A DNA stretch of 64,000 bases from contig CABUTD010000002.1 in assembly GCA_902494405.1 (NCBI GenBank), positions 20,428 to 84,427 on the forward strand, read 5' to 3'. Numbering within the stretch: position 1 is the first letter of the stretch; each line of letters opens with the position of its first letter. Below the pieces are notes generated by a model that had not been told where the DNA came from, did not search any database, and saw only the letters and a program-made list of their open reading frames with translations. The DNA is from an uncultured Anaerostipes sp. GTDB lineage: Bacteria; Bacillota; Clostridia; Lachnospirales; Lachnospiraceae. The position numbers and the translations under genes were made by a program. Positions 1-9,471 of this stretch are shown piece by piece.

Positions 1-1788
1 GTATTTATCTGTATTTTGCTTAGTGCGGTTGCTTCGATTTCCGTATCCCTTTCTTTAAAATTTTTATTGGATGACTTTATTATCCCGTTAATTGGAAACA
101 CCAATCCAAATTATTCGCAGTTCTATCAGGCGCTGACAGTTTTAGGCTGTATTTTTATTATGGGAGTCATTTCAACTTTTATTTATACAAGAATGATGGT
201 TTATATTGGTCAGGGAGTTTTAAAGAGAGTCAGAGACGATATGTTTGAACATATGCAGACATTGCCGATTCGATATTTTGATCAGAATACCAACGGTTCA
301 ATTATGAGTCTTTATACCAATGATACAGATACGTTAAGACAAATGATCAGTCAGGCAATTCCGCAGGCTTTGATATCATTCTTTACCATTATTGTAACAT
401 TTATTTCTATGTTAATCTTAAGTCCGCTTTTGACGGTGCTGGCAGTTCTTATCATCGGAATTATGATTGCGGTAACCAAGATGATCGGAGGAAACAGTGG
501 AAAATATTTTGTCCGCCAGCAAATGTCGCTTGCTGATGTGACAGGATTTGTAGAGGAGCGGATGAATGGTCAGCGTGTCATAAAGGTTTTTAATCATGAA
601 AGAAAATCGGAAGAAGAATTTGACAAGTTAAATGAGAATCTGTTTGAAAGTGCGGCGAAGGCAAATAAATTTGCCAATATGATGGGACCTGTGATCGGCA
701 ATATCGGAAACCTTCAGTTTGTTTTGACAGCGGTTTTCGGAGGAATTTTATCTGTACAGGGAGTCGGAGGAATTACTCTTGGGGTGATGGCTTCCTATCT
801 GCAGTTTACCAAAAGTTTTACTCAGCCGTTTATGCAGGTAGCTCAGCAATTTAACTCCATTATTATGGCTTTGGCAGGAGCAGAGAGAATTTTTGAGCTA
901 ATTGATCAGGAACCGGAGAGCGACGAAGGATATGTAACGCTTGTGAACGCCAAGAAGGATGAAAACGGAATCATTACGGAAAGTAAAGAAAGAACGGGTA
1001 TGTGGGCATGGAAGCATCCTCATTCTGTCGATGGTTCCGTTTCTTATACAGAGCTTACAGGTGATGTGCATTTTGAAGATGTAACGTTTGGATACAATGA
1101 GGATAAAGTGATTCTTCATAATATTAGCTTATTTGCCAAACCGGGACAAAAGCTTGCATTTGTAGGTTCTACCGGAGCTGGAAAAACAACGATTACCAAT
1201 TTAATTAACCGTTTTTATGATATTCAAAAAGGGAAAATACGTTATGACGGCATTAATATTCGGAAGATTAAGAAGGACGATTTAAGAAGATCTCTCGGAA
1301 TTGTACTGCAGGATACTCATCTGTTTACCGGTACAATCAAAGAAAATATTCGTTATGGAAAATTGGACGCAACGGATGAAGAGGTGTATGGTGCAGCAAG
1401 ATTGGCGCACGCCGATCAGTTTATAAAAATGCTGCCGGATGGATATGATACAATGATCAGCGGTGATGGCGAAGAACTTTCACAGGGACAGCGGCAGCTA
1501 TTATCCATTGCCAGAGCCGCAGTGGCAGATCCACCGGTTTTAATTTTAGATGAAGCCACATCCAGTATTGATACGAGAACAGAAAGTATTGTTCAGCAGG
1601 GAATGGATAATCTGATGAAGGGGCGGACGGTCTTTGTAATTGCCCATCGTCTGTCTACAATTCGCAACAGCGATGCGATTATTGTTCTGGAACATGGCAA
1701 GATCATTGAGAGAGGCAACCATGATGAGCTGATCAAACAAAAAGGAACGTATTATCAGCTTTATACCGGAAAGCTCGAGCTTTCTTAA
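1..1788 (+). CDS. ABC exporter, fused permease/ATPase (MsbA/LmrA-type half transporter), 5' partial
   Basis: The frame is open to nt 1. A hydrophobic TM half is followed by an NBD with Walker A GSTGAGKTT, ABC signature LSQGQRQ, Walker B LILDEATS and H-loop AHRLST. Confidence 0.85.
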   Translation, partial: VFICILLSAVASISVSLSLKFLLDDFIIPLIGNTNPNYSQFYQALTVLGCIFIMGVISTFIYTRMMVYIGQGVLKRVRDDMFEHMQTLPIRYFDQNTNGSIMSLYTNDTDTLRQMISQAIPQALISFFTIIVTFISMLILSPLLTVLAVLIIGIMIAVTKMIGGNSGKYFVRQQMSLADVTGFVEERMNGQRVIKVFNHERKSEEEFDKLNENLFESAAKANKFANMMGPVIGNIGNLQFVLTAVFGGILSVQGVGGITLGVMASYLQFTKSFTQPFMQVAQQFNSIIMALAGAERIFELIDQEPESDEGYVTLVNAKKDENGIITESKERTGMWAWKHPHSVDGSVSYTELTGDVHFEDVTFGYNEDKVILHNISLFAKPGQKLAFVGSTGAGKTTITNLINRFYDIQKGKIRYDGINIRKIKKDDLRRSLGIVLQDTHLFTGTIKENIRYGKLDATDEEVYGAARLAHADQFIKMLPDGYDTMISGDGEELSQGQRQLLSIARAAVADPPVLILDEATSSIDTRTESIVQQGMDNLMKGRTVFVIAHRLSTIRNSDAIIVLEHGKIIERGNHDELIKQKGTYYQLYTGKLELS

Positions 1789-1803
1789 ATCTAAAGGAGT
1801 CAG

Positions 1804-1849
1804 GAAATTCCGCAGTCAGATGATAAGAAATTTGACTGTGGAATTTTTG
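1804..1849 (+). terminator. Rho-independent terminator after the ABC exporter
   Basis: Arms AAATTCCGCAGTCA and TGACTGTGGAATTT form a stem with one G-U pair, followed by a T-run. Confidence 0.6.
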
Positions 1850-1955
1850 AAATTTATTAGAAATGTTAAGGTTTTGTAATTTAAATTCTATAGACGAAAG
1901 TTGTAAGGTGGGATATAATAATCTAAATAAGATTGTTGCAGAAAGAGGACCTTTT

Positions 1956-2735
1956 ATGATATTTGAAACACACGCTCATTATGATGATAAGAAGTTTGAC
2001 TCAGATCGAGAAGAATTATTGGCATCCATGACAGAGCATGGAATCGGAACTGTTGTGAATGTTGGTTCTAATATGGAAACTTCTCGATGGACCGTGGAGG
2101 CAGTGAAGCAATACCCTGTGATGTATGGTGCGGTGGGAGTGCACCCCAGTGATACAAAAGATATGAAAAATTCAGACTTGGAGACATTGCGAGGATATGC
2201 AAGGCAGAAGAAAATCATTGCCATTGGAGAAATTGGATTGGATTATTATTGGGATACGCCAGAGCGTGCAATTCAAAAGAAATGGTTTGCAGCACAGATG
2301 GAGCTTGCCAGAGAAGTCAAGCTGCCAATGGTGATTCACAGTCGGGATGCGGCAAAGGATACAATGGATATGATGAAGGAAGCAAGGGCCGATCAAATTG
2401 GCGGGGTAATTCATTGCTTTTCTTACTCAAAAGAAATGGCAAGAGAGTTTTTGGATATGGGATTTTATATTGGAATTGGCGGGGTTGTAACTTTTAAGAA
2501 TGCAAAAACATTGAAAGAAGTTGCCGCGTATGTTCCTCTGGACCGTCTGGTTCTTGAGACAGATTCTCCTTATCTTTCTCCGGAACCCAACAGGGGAAAG
2601 AGAAATTCATCTTTCAACTTAACATATATTGCTGAAGCTGTCAGTTCCATTCGAGGAATGGATACAGAAACATTGATTGCCGCCGCAGAACAGAATGCAA
2701 AACAATTATATCGGATGAGTGAGGTGTTAAAGTGA
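1956..2735 (+). CDS. tatD: TatD-family metal-dependent hydrolase/DNase
   Basis: ATG at 1956 follows GAAAGAGGA. Motifs seen: ETHAHYDD, GEIGLDYY, VIHSRDA, VIHCFS, LETDSPYL. Confidence 0.85.
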   Translation: MIFETHAHYDDKKFDSDREELLASMTEHGIGTVVNVGSNMETSRWTVEAVKQYPVMYGAVGVHPSDTKDMKNSDLETLRGYARQKKIIAIGEIGLDYYWDTPERAIQKKWFAAQMELAREVKLPMVIHSRDAAKDTMDMMKEARADQIGGVIHCFSYSKEMAREFLDMGFYIGIGGVVTFKNAKTLKEVAAYVPLDRLVLETDSPYLSPEPNRGKRNSSFNLTYIAEAVSSIRGMDTETLIAAAEQNAKQLYRMSEVLK

Positions 2736-3589
2736 AACTTGGAAATCCAAAAAGTACAATTGAAGTAATCCAAAAATACAACTTTGGTTTTCAAAAGAAA
2801 TTTGGGCAGAATTTCTTAATTGATGAGCATGTACTGGATAAAATTATTCGAGCGGCAGAGATTACAAAAGATGATTTTGTATTGGAGATCGGACCGGGGA
2901 TCGGAACAATGACACAGTATCTGGCAGAAAATGCCGGGAAAGTTATGGCTGTGGAGATTGATAAAAATTTAATTCCGATTCTTTCCGAAACACTGAAAGA
3001 CTATGAGAATGTTACCATTTTAAATGCAGATATTTTAAAGGTTGATATAGAACAGATCGTAACAGAACAGCATCAGGGAAAACCAATAAAAATAGTAGCG
3101 AATCTTCCCTATTATATTACAACGCCGATTATTATGGGATTATTTGAAAGTCATGTGCCAATTGATAGTATTACAGTTATGGTGCAGAAAGAAGTTGCAG
3201 ATCGAATGCAGGCGGGACCCGGAACAAAAGATTACGGCGCATTGTCTCTGGCAGTTCAGTATTATGCCAAACCTTATATTGCTGCAAATGTGCCGCCCAA
3301 TTGTTTTATGCCGCGACCGAAAGTGGGATCTTCGGTAATTAAGTTGACAAAATATAAAGAGGCGCCGGTTCAGGTGTCCAATGAGACATTGTTGTTTCAG
3401 TTGATACGAGCATCCTTTAATCAGAGAAGAAAAACACTTCAAAATGGAATTAAAAATTCAAGCCAGTTAAACTTCTCCAAGGAACAGGTTGCAGCGGCAC
3501 TGGAGGAGATGGGTTTGTCAGCGTCTGTTCGCGGAGAAGTTTTAACTTTAGAGCAATTTGCACAGCTAAGCAATCTTTTAGATCGGTAA
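2732..3589 (+). CDS. rsmA: 16S rRNA (adenine1518/1519-N6)-dimethyltransferase
   Basis: The GTG start overlaps the tatD stop. Motifs seen: FGQNFL, SAM-binding EIGPGIGTMT, NLPYYITTP. Confidence 0.93.
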   Translation: MKLGNPKSTIEVIQKYNFGFQKKFGQNFLIDEHVLDKIIRAAEITKDDFVLEIGPGIGTMTQYLAENAGKVMAVEIDKNLIPILSETLKDYENVTILNADILKVDIEQIVTEQHQGKPIKIVANLPYYITTPIIMGLFESHVPIDSITVMVQKEVADRMQAGPGTKDYGALSLAVQYYAKPYIAANVPPNCFMPRPKVGSSVIKLTKYKEAPVQVSNETLLFQLIRASFNQRRKTLQNGIKNSSQLNFSKEQVAAALEEMGLSASVRGEVLTLEQFAQLSNLLDR

Positions 3590-4615
3590 AATAAAATAAC
3601 CAAAATTCCCAGTCTTTTGGGATTTTACGGGAACGGTCAGAAAAGATTGGAATCCAAATAATTTTGAGATAAATGATTTCTCATTATCAAAAATTCCGGG
3701 AACGCCTAACCAAAATTTCTTTGTTTTTTTATTTTGAGCAAACATAAGATGACCGTAATTTCCATAATTCAGAAGCAGAAATCCATTGGTTTTGATATGT
3801 TCGGGAAGATCGGGAATCTGTTCAAGATCTTCTAGTTGGATTTTAATGCAAGGAGAAAAGCAATAATCAGCAGGCATGAGCAAGGAGGGATACTCCTTCC
3901 AGTCAAAGTCCGCCGATGGAGTTTCACATGGCTTTTCTTTGGCACATTTTTCAAGTTGAAGAGCTTCAATATATTCTGCCAGTTTGGATGGAGAAGAGGG
4001 AGATGCCTCCTCTGCAGAAAAAAGCGGTTGTGCCAAATCCGTGGCAGCAGAAAGTTCCGTGGCATCGGAAGGAGCTGGCTGTGGCATTGGAGGTTCTTCC
4101 ATTGAAGGTTCTGCTTCCTCTGTTGGAAGTGCAGCTTCTTCGGCTGGAAGTTCAGAGATTTCTTCCGAATCAGAGGAAGTTGTTTCCTCCGGCTCCGCTG
4201 TTTGCACTGTTTGTTCTGGAATAGGTTCCGGTTCGGGAAGTTTTTGATCCAATGGTGAAAAATTTCTAATGGCAATCGGATGGTCTTTCCATTGAGAACC
4301 GAAAAAATAATCATTGGAATGATAAATTAAAAAACCGTCTATGGTATCGGGCTCCGCAATGAGCGGATAAGTATTTTTAAATTCAATGACGGTATCGCTT
4401 CTTTGAATACTGTCAAGAAGAATTCCTTCCATGGTGCCGTGACGAAAACGGTAAAAGTAAATTTTGTATTTTAGAGATTTATCATTTGTTTTTACATGGA
4501 AATAAAGACGTAGCTGTTTTTGACGTTTTTCAATTTTTGCAAAACCAACATTAGCGCCTTTGATTCCATGATGATATTCGTACAAATAAGACACAATTCT
4601 TTGATAATCAGACAA
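3578..4615 (-). CDS. Hypothetical protein with two globular ends joined by an acidic Pro/Glu/Ser/Ala-rich linker
   Basis: A 345-codon ORF. The only in-frame start near the 5' end is TTG at 4615, because an upstream ATG is closed by TGA. I recognise no catalytic motif. Confidence 0.55.
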   Translation of the reverse strand: MSDYQRIVSYLYEYHHGIKGANVGFAKIEKRQKQLRLYFHVKTNDKSLKYKIYFYRFRHGTMEGILLDSIQRSDTVIEFKNTYPLIAEPDTIDGFLIYHSNDYFFGSQWKDHPIAIRNFSPLDQKLPEPEPIPEQTVQTAEPEETTSSDSEEISELPAEEAALPTEEAEPSMEEPPMPQPAPSDATELSAATDLAQPLFSAEEASPSSPSKLAEYIEALQLEKCAKEKPCETPSADFDWKEYPSLLMPADYCFSPCIKIQLEDLEQIPDLPEHIKTNGFLLLNYGNYGHLMFAQNKKTKKFWLGVPGIFDNEKSFISKLFGFQSFLTVPVKSQKTGNFGYFILPI

Positions 4616-4702
4616 TGGTCAACTCTCTTTTTGATTCATTGTATGAGATTGGGTTTAAAAATATGACACAGGAGGGGAAAGGTGGAGAAGGAAAAAAAAT
4701 AC

Positions 4703-5167
4703 ATGAGGGAGGCAATCAGGCAGGCAAAAAAGGCTGCAGAGGCAGGGGATGTTCCGATTGGCTGTGTGATTGTTGCAGATGATAAAATCATTGCCAGAGC
4801 TTATAACCAAAGGAATAAGAAAAAAACTACTTTAGCTCATGCGGAATTGCTGGCAATTCAGAAAGCCAGCAAAAAGACGGGGGACTGGAGGTTGGAAGAA
4901 TGTACCATGTTCATTACTCTGGAGCCATGTCAGATGTGTGCAGGGGCAATTGTACAGGCAAGAATTCCAAAAGTTGTGATCGGAGCCATGAATCCTAAGG
5001 CTGGATGTGCCGGTTCTGTTTTAAATATTTTACAAGTAGAACAGTTTAATCATCAGGTGGAAATCCAAAAGGGAATTTTGGAGGAAGAATGCAGCCAAAT
5101 GTTGTCAGACTTTTTTCGTGAGTTGAGGCGGAAAAAGAAGGGAGAGGGAAGGAATGAAAAGAGTTAA
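4703..5167 (+). CDS. tadA: tRNA-specific adenosine deaminase
   Basis: CDA zinc motifs HAELLAI and PCQMCAGA, about 155 aa. ATG at 4703 is preferred over GTG at 4682. Confidence 0.9.
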   Translation: MREAIRQAKKAAEAGDVPIGCVIVADDKIIARAYNQRNKKKTTLAHAELLAIQKASKKTGDWRLEECTMFITLEPCQMCAGAIVQARIPKVVIGAMNPKAGCAGSVLNILQVEQFNHQVEIQKGILEEECSQMLSDFFRELRRKKKGEGRNEKS

Positions 5168-7082
5168 AAAATTTTCGGTTATTTTGTTCAGTATGATTTT
5201 ATTGCTGAAAACTCATGTGGGAGATGCAGGCGCTGCACAGAGGAGCGGAAAATATCATAAACTGGATCTCGAGATTGAAGCTCCAAAGACAGCGTCGGAT
5301 TCTGTAAAAAGAGGCAGATCGTTTGAGAGATCCTATAATTCTGCAGATCATGGTATTGTGACCGGGGTTAAAAATCAGGGAAATACAGAATTATGCTGGG
5401 CATTCAGTTTAGCTTCGGTGGGAGAAACATCTATGATGAAGAGGGGATTGGCAGGACCTTCTGTAGATTTTTCGGAAAAGCATTTAGGATATTTTATGTA
5501 TCACCGCACCAATGATATCCTGAACAATACAAAAGGAGACCGCACGAAGGTGCCGGGTGACTGGAGAATGGCGGGAGGAAATTCACTTCTTACCATGCTG
5601 TCTCTTACCGGATGGTACGGACTTTCCAATGAGAGTGTTGCTCCGTTTTACAGCAGCAACTGGAAATTATCTTCTTCTCTTGGTCAAAAAAATGCTGCAA
5701 TTTTGAAAAACGGGTATTTTCTGGGGAACGGGCCATCAAGGGATTTGGTAAAAGCTTATATTAAGTCCTATGGATCGGTATCGGTAGTCTATCATGCGCC
5801 AACAGAAGACTGGGAAGATAAAAAATATTACAGCGATGATCGTCAGGCTTATAATTGTAATGACTATAATCAGGATGCCAACCATATGGTGACAATTGTA
5901 GGGTGGGATGATACTTACAGCCGCAATCACTTTCAGGCGGCATCCAGACCTAAAAATGACGGAGCCTGGATTATTAAAAACAGTTGGGGGACCAATGATG
6001 GAAAGGCAGGTTATTTTTATCTGTCCTATGAAGATCGGACGCTGAGCGAATTTGTTGCCGGGGAATTTACGAAAGCTTCAGATTATCAATATAACTATTT
6101 TTATGACGGATCTTCCAGTCCAGCTGTCATAAGCCTGAAAAAAGGGCAGAGCTTTTCCAATATTTATACTGCCAAAAAGGGCAGCGGAGGAAGAAAAGAA
6201 CTGTTGAAAGCAGTAAATTTTGTGACATGGTCTCCAAACATGAAGTATCGTATCAGAATTTACAAGAATCCCAAAAAAGGGAAGCCGACCAGTGGAAAGA
6301 AAGTGATCAGCCAGACCGGAATACGATCAGCTGCCGGTACGCACACAGTTGACCTGAAAAAAAAAGTGGAGATGTTAAAAGGCGAGCGGTTTGCGATTGT
6401 AGTGGATATGCTTTCTTCCGGAAAGGTTGGCGGTGACATCAGCGAAGACATCCAATGGATTTCGTTTGTTAATAAAACGAAAAAGGGACAGAGTTATCTC
6501 TATCAGCGAGGAAAATGGCATGATTTAAATTCAGAAAAAGTAACGATGCGTCTGAAAGGATATACGGTAACGGAACCGTCCTCCAAGGTTGATCTGCGTT
6601 ATTGTAAACCGTCTTCTGTTTTCAGAAGTTACACAGGGAAGACAATGAAACCTAATATCTCTCTTTTCTACCGAGGCAAGAAACTAAGGAAAAATGTGGA
6701 TTATAAAGTTTCTGTGAAAAAAAGAAAATCAATCGGGGCATCTTATGTAAACTTCCGGGGAAAAGGAAAATACCGCGGAACAAGAAAGGTTACCTACTAT
6801 ATTGTTCCTAAGAAAGTTGAGAGGGTTTCTGTAAAGAGCAGTCGAAGAAGATCAGTAAACATCCGATTTAAAAACGTAAAAGAGGCAGATGGATATCAAA
6901 TCATCTATAAGAAAAAGGGAGCAAAGAAATACAAAAAAGTTTCCACAGCCAGAGCTTCCAAAAAGATCGGAAATTTATCTTCAAGAAAGAAGTATTCATT
7001 TAAAGTGAGAGCCTATAAAAAAGTGAAGGGAAAACGGTTCTATGGCGCATACAGTAAAACAAAAACCATAAAAGTAAAATAA
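5154..7082 (+). CDS. Secreted papain-like (C1 family) cysteine peptidase with basic Ig/FN3-like C-terminal modules
   Basis: Signal peptide MKRVKKFSVILFSMILLL. Catalytic-type motifs NQGNTELCWAFS (Cys), NHMVTIVGWDD (His) and IKNSWG. The C-terminal roughly 170 aa is Lys/Arg-rich. Confidence 0.85.
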   Translation: MKRVKKFSVILFSMILLLKTHVGDAGAAQRSGKYHKLDLEIEAPKTASDSVKRGRSFERSYNSADHGIVTGVKNQGNTELCWAFSLASVGETSMMKRGLAGPSVDFSEKHLGYFMYHRTNDILNNTKGDRTKVPGDWRMAGGNSLLTMLSLTGWYGLSNESVAPFYSSNWKLSSSLGQKNAAILKNGYFLGNGPSRDLVKAYIKSYGSVSVVYHAPTEDWEDKKYYSDDRQAYNCNDYNQDANHMVTIVGWDDTYSRNHFQAASRPKNDGAWIIKNSWGTNDGKAGYFYLSYEDRTLSEFVAGEFTKASDYQYNYFYDGSSSPAVISLKKGQSFSNIYTAKKGSGGRKELLKAVNFVTWSPNMKYRIRIYKNPKKGKPTSGKKVISQTGIRSAAGTHTVDLKKKVEMLKGERFAIVVDMLSSGKVGGDISEDIQWISFVNKTKKGQSYLYQRGKWHDLNSEKVTMRLKGYTVTEPSSKVDLRYCKPSSVFRSYTGKTMKPNISLFYRGKKLRKNVDYKVSVKKRKSIGASYVNFRGKGKYRGTRKVTYYIVPKKVERVSVKSSRRRSVNIRFKNVKEADGYQIIYKKKGAKKYKKVSTARASKKIGNLSSRKKYSFKVRAYKKVKGKRFYGAYSKTKTIKVK

Positions 7083-7090
7083 GAATGCTA

Positions 7091-7119
7091 TTGACCAAAA
7101 GAAAAGTATTTAGTATAAT
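7091..7119 (+). promoter_or_regulatory. Sigma-A type promoter for the SRP RNA
   Basis: TTGACC (7091-7096), an exact 17-nt spacer, then TATAAT (7114-7119). Confidence 0.6.
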
Positions 7120-7160
7120 AGAGTCTGCATCTTGAGAGATGCGAAGAGATTATCAAGTCA

Positions 7161-7435
7161 TAAAGTTTCCGTGCTAGCCGGGGAGGTAGCGGCACCCTTT
7201 TTCTGCAATCCGCTATAGCAGAGGTGATGGTTTGTTTCGGGTTTTGTTCTGTGGAGCTGCCCTCTACAAGTGGCGTTGATATCTGGGTCTTACGCAATAG
7301 GAATCTATGAACCGTGTCAGGTCGGGAACGAAGCAGCACTAAGTAGAACCTCCTATGTGCCGTAAGGGCGCCTGGGTTGAGTTAACTATAGAGGTAACGT
7401 CTGTGGAGCATCGCACAAGGCAGACTGCACGGATT
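7161..7435 (+). ncRNA. ffs: Signal recognition particle RNA, long Bacillus-type form with Alu domain
   Basis: GTGCTAGCCGGGGAGGTAGCGGCACCC closely matches the B. subtilis scRNA 5' Alu region. GTCAGGTCGGGAACGAAGCAGC (7316-7337) is the universal domain IV motif. The 5' TCCGTGC pairs with the 3' GCACGGA, and a T-run follows at 7433-7441. The ends are approximate. Confidence 0.85.
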
Positions 7436-7557
7436 TTTTTATGATATAAGGAAGTTCCAGACGCACTTGTCCGCTTTGTTTTTTGAAATTTTTAGAACTT
7501 ATTGGACAATAGTGATAAAATAAGGATAAGATCAAAAAGGTGAGGAGTGATAAGTGA

Positions 7558-8205
7558 ATGAGAGAATTAGAATTGCCTGAGGTAAAAGATGTGCTGGTTG
7601 AGTATAAGCAGATTCAGCTGCTTTATCGCTCTGCTTTAAAAGAGATTGGCACAAAATTGGAAATTTTAAATGATGAATTTCGGTTTGTGCACAAATATAA
7701 TCCAATAGAGCATATTGAGTCGCGTTTAAAGAGCGATGAAAGTATTATGAGAAAGTTGCTGCGCAAGGGACTGGATGTTACCGTGGAAAATATTCAAAAA
7801 TATATTGATGATATTGCAGGAATTCGAGTGATTTGTTCGTTTACTCCTGATATTTATCGAATTGTAGATATGATTTCGTCCCAGGATGACATTGAAGTAT
7901 TAAAAACAAAAGATTATATGATAAATCCAAAGCCAAATGGATACCGCAGTTATCATTTGATTGTAAGAGTTCCTATTTTTTTATCAGACCGGGTGGTACC
8001 GACGAAGGTTGAGATTCAGATTCGGACCGTTGCAATGGATTTCTGGGCATCATTGGAGCATAAGATATATTACAAATATGAGGGAAATGCTCCGGATTAT
8101 ATTCGGACAGAATTAAAGGAATGTGCAGATCTTGTGGCGTTTCTTGACAGTAAGATGCTGGCAATTAATGAAGAAGTTCGCAGCATACGCAAAGAGGACA
8201 AATAA
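7558..8205 (+). CDS. Small alarmone synthetase (RelP/RelQ-type GTP pyrophosphokinase)
   Basis: A single RelA/SpoT synthetase domain of 215 aa with motifs YRSYHLIV and EIQIRTVAMDFWASLEHKIYYK. Confidence 0.85.
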   Translation: MRELELPEVKDVLVEYKQIQLLYRSALKEIGTKLEILNDEFRFVHKYNPIEHIESRLKSDESIMRKLLRKGLDVTVENIQKYIDDIAGIRVICSFTPDIYRIVDMISSQDDIEVLKTKDYMINPKPNGYRSYHLIVRVPIFLSDRVVPTKVEIQIRTVAMDFWASLEHKIYYKYEGNAPDYIRTELKECADLVAFLDSKMLAINEEVRSIRKEDK

Positions 8206-8333
8206 AGGAAGGAATATTTTCATTGCTCTGTCATATGATAGTATCAGTATAGAAAAGGAGTACATGAATGGGTGACAGAGAAGGATTGGGAGATCTGCCG
8301 ACATTTGATACTGATATTTTTCAGGGAAGGAAT

Positions 8334-8657
8334 ATGGCGGAGGAAGAAGAAGTTTATGAAAATGATTATCAGTACATGACAAAGATGTATTCTGCTACAG
8401 CAAGAGAGATTCTGGAGTTTATTGAGGAAGTTTGCGATCAGATGGAATACGAGGGAAGTATGATGTTTGATGAATATATGGATCGAACCAGTGTTTTTGC
8501 TATGGCAGATAAAGTTTATGATAAAGTGATGTATCATGAAAAAGAAGAGTGTCAAAAGAAGGATCGGATGTTATACCAGATGGTTCTTGCACTGCTTGGA
8601 GGAGAGATGTGTCACAGGCGGTGCCGTCATCGCAGAAAATTAAAAATGTTTCAGTAA
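8334..8657 (+). CDS. Hypothetical small acidic protein with a Cys/His/Arg-rich C-terminus
   Basis: ATG at 8334 follows GGAAGG, though the ORF is open from 8268. No recognisable motif. Confidence 0.4.
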   Translation: MAEEEEVYENDYQYMTKMYSATAREILEFIEEVCDQMEYEGSMMFDEYMDRTSVFAMADKVYDKVMYHEKEECQKKDRMLYQMVLALLGGEMCHRRCRHRRKLKMFQ

Positions 8658-8714
8658 AGGATGAAAAGGAATGCAGAAGGCATTCCTTTTTGTGATATTA
8701 GGAGAGTTTTTCTT

Positions 8715-9224
8715 TTATCCATTGGGAGGAAGAAATAAACCGAGGGAGGGCGGCTGATAGGTGAAAAGACAAAAAAGGAAGGAAAGAAGGAGGAGAAGAA
8801 TTGGAGCAGCAAAACGATTGTGATTTTTTGCGGAAGAAGATTTTAAAGCATGAAAGATGTAGGAAAAACCTGCGATGACGCTGCATCCAAAAGTCAAAAG
8901 ATCCAGAAGGAAAACATGGAATCCAAGAATTCCTGTGTAGGTATAAAAAAGAACAGGAATCAAAAAGGTACCGATGAGAATCCCTTGTGCGAGCACGTGA
9001 AATTGTGGACGGAACTGATTTTTCCATTTTATACATAGAAAAAGAGAGTAGAAAAGCATCGGAAAAAATACCAGTTTCATATGCTCCCAAGTAGATTCAT
9101 TTACGGGACATAGAAGACCGATCCAATGTTTTTTTTCACTCCACTGATAGAGAAAATGAGCCAGTGATCCTGCAGCAAGCACAAAAATGATTCCGATTAT
9201 GGAACTGCTTTTTATTGTTTTCAT
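8715..9224 (-). CDS. Integral membrane protein of unknown function (about 5 TM helices)
   Basis: ATG at 9224 is preceded by GAGGTGA. The sequence is strongly hydrophobic throughout. Confidence 0.6.
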   Translation of the reverse strand: MKTIKSSSIIGIIFVLAAGSLAHFLYQWSEKKHWIGLLCPVNESTWEHMKLVFFPMLFYSLFLCIKWKNQFRPQFHVLAQGILIGTFLIPVLFYTYTGILGFHVFLLDLLTFGCSVIAGFSYIFHALKSSSAKNHNRFAAPILLLLLSFLFCLFTYQPPSLGLFLPPNG

Positions 9225-9471
9225 AAATATCACCTCGGTTTAGTATACACGAAAGATGGAAAATTAATTCCGGAAGATTTGGCAGGAGTTTTAGCAAAGA
9301 TTGTTTGCATGGATAAACCACAAGTGACTAAAATGCGAGAAACCACGGGGAATAGCCATTCTTAGCGTGGCATATCCTTAAAGATTTCTTAAAATGGTTG
9401 TATAAAAGGTAAAAAACGGATAAAATGATGGGGAAGAGGCTTTGTCCGATATCGGAAAAAAGGAGAAACAA

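Noticed and set aside
3832-4314. Several overlapping ORFs of 87-160 aa on both strands.
   Set aside because: They are alternative-frame readings of the low-complexity Glu/Pro/Ser/Ala linker of the 3578-4615 gene. That region has few stop codons in any frame.
7088-7339. An 83-aa minus-strand ORF in the ORF track.
   Set aside because: It lies antisense to the well-supported SRP RNA. It has no RBS and no protein-like composition, so it is almost certainly not coding.
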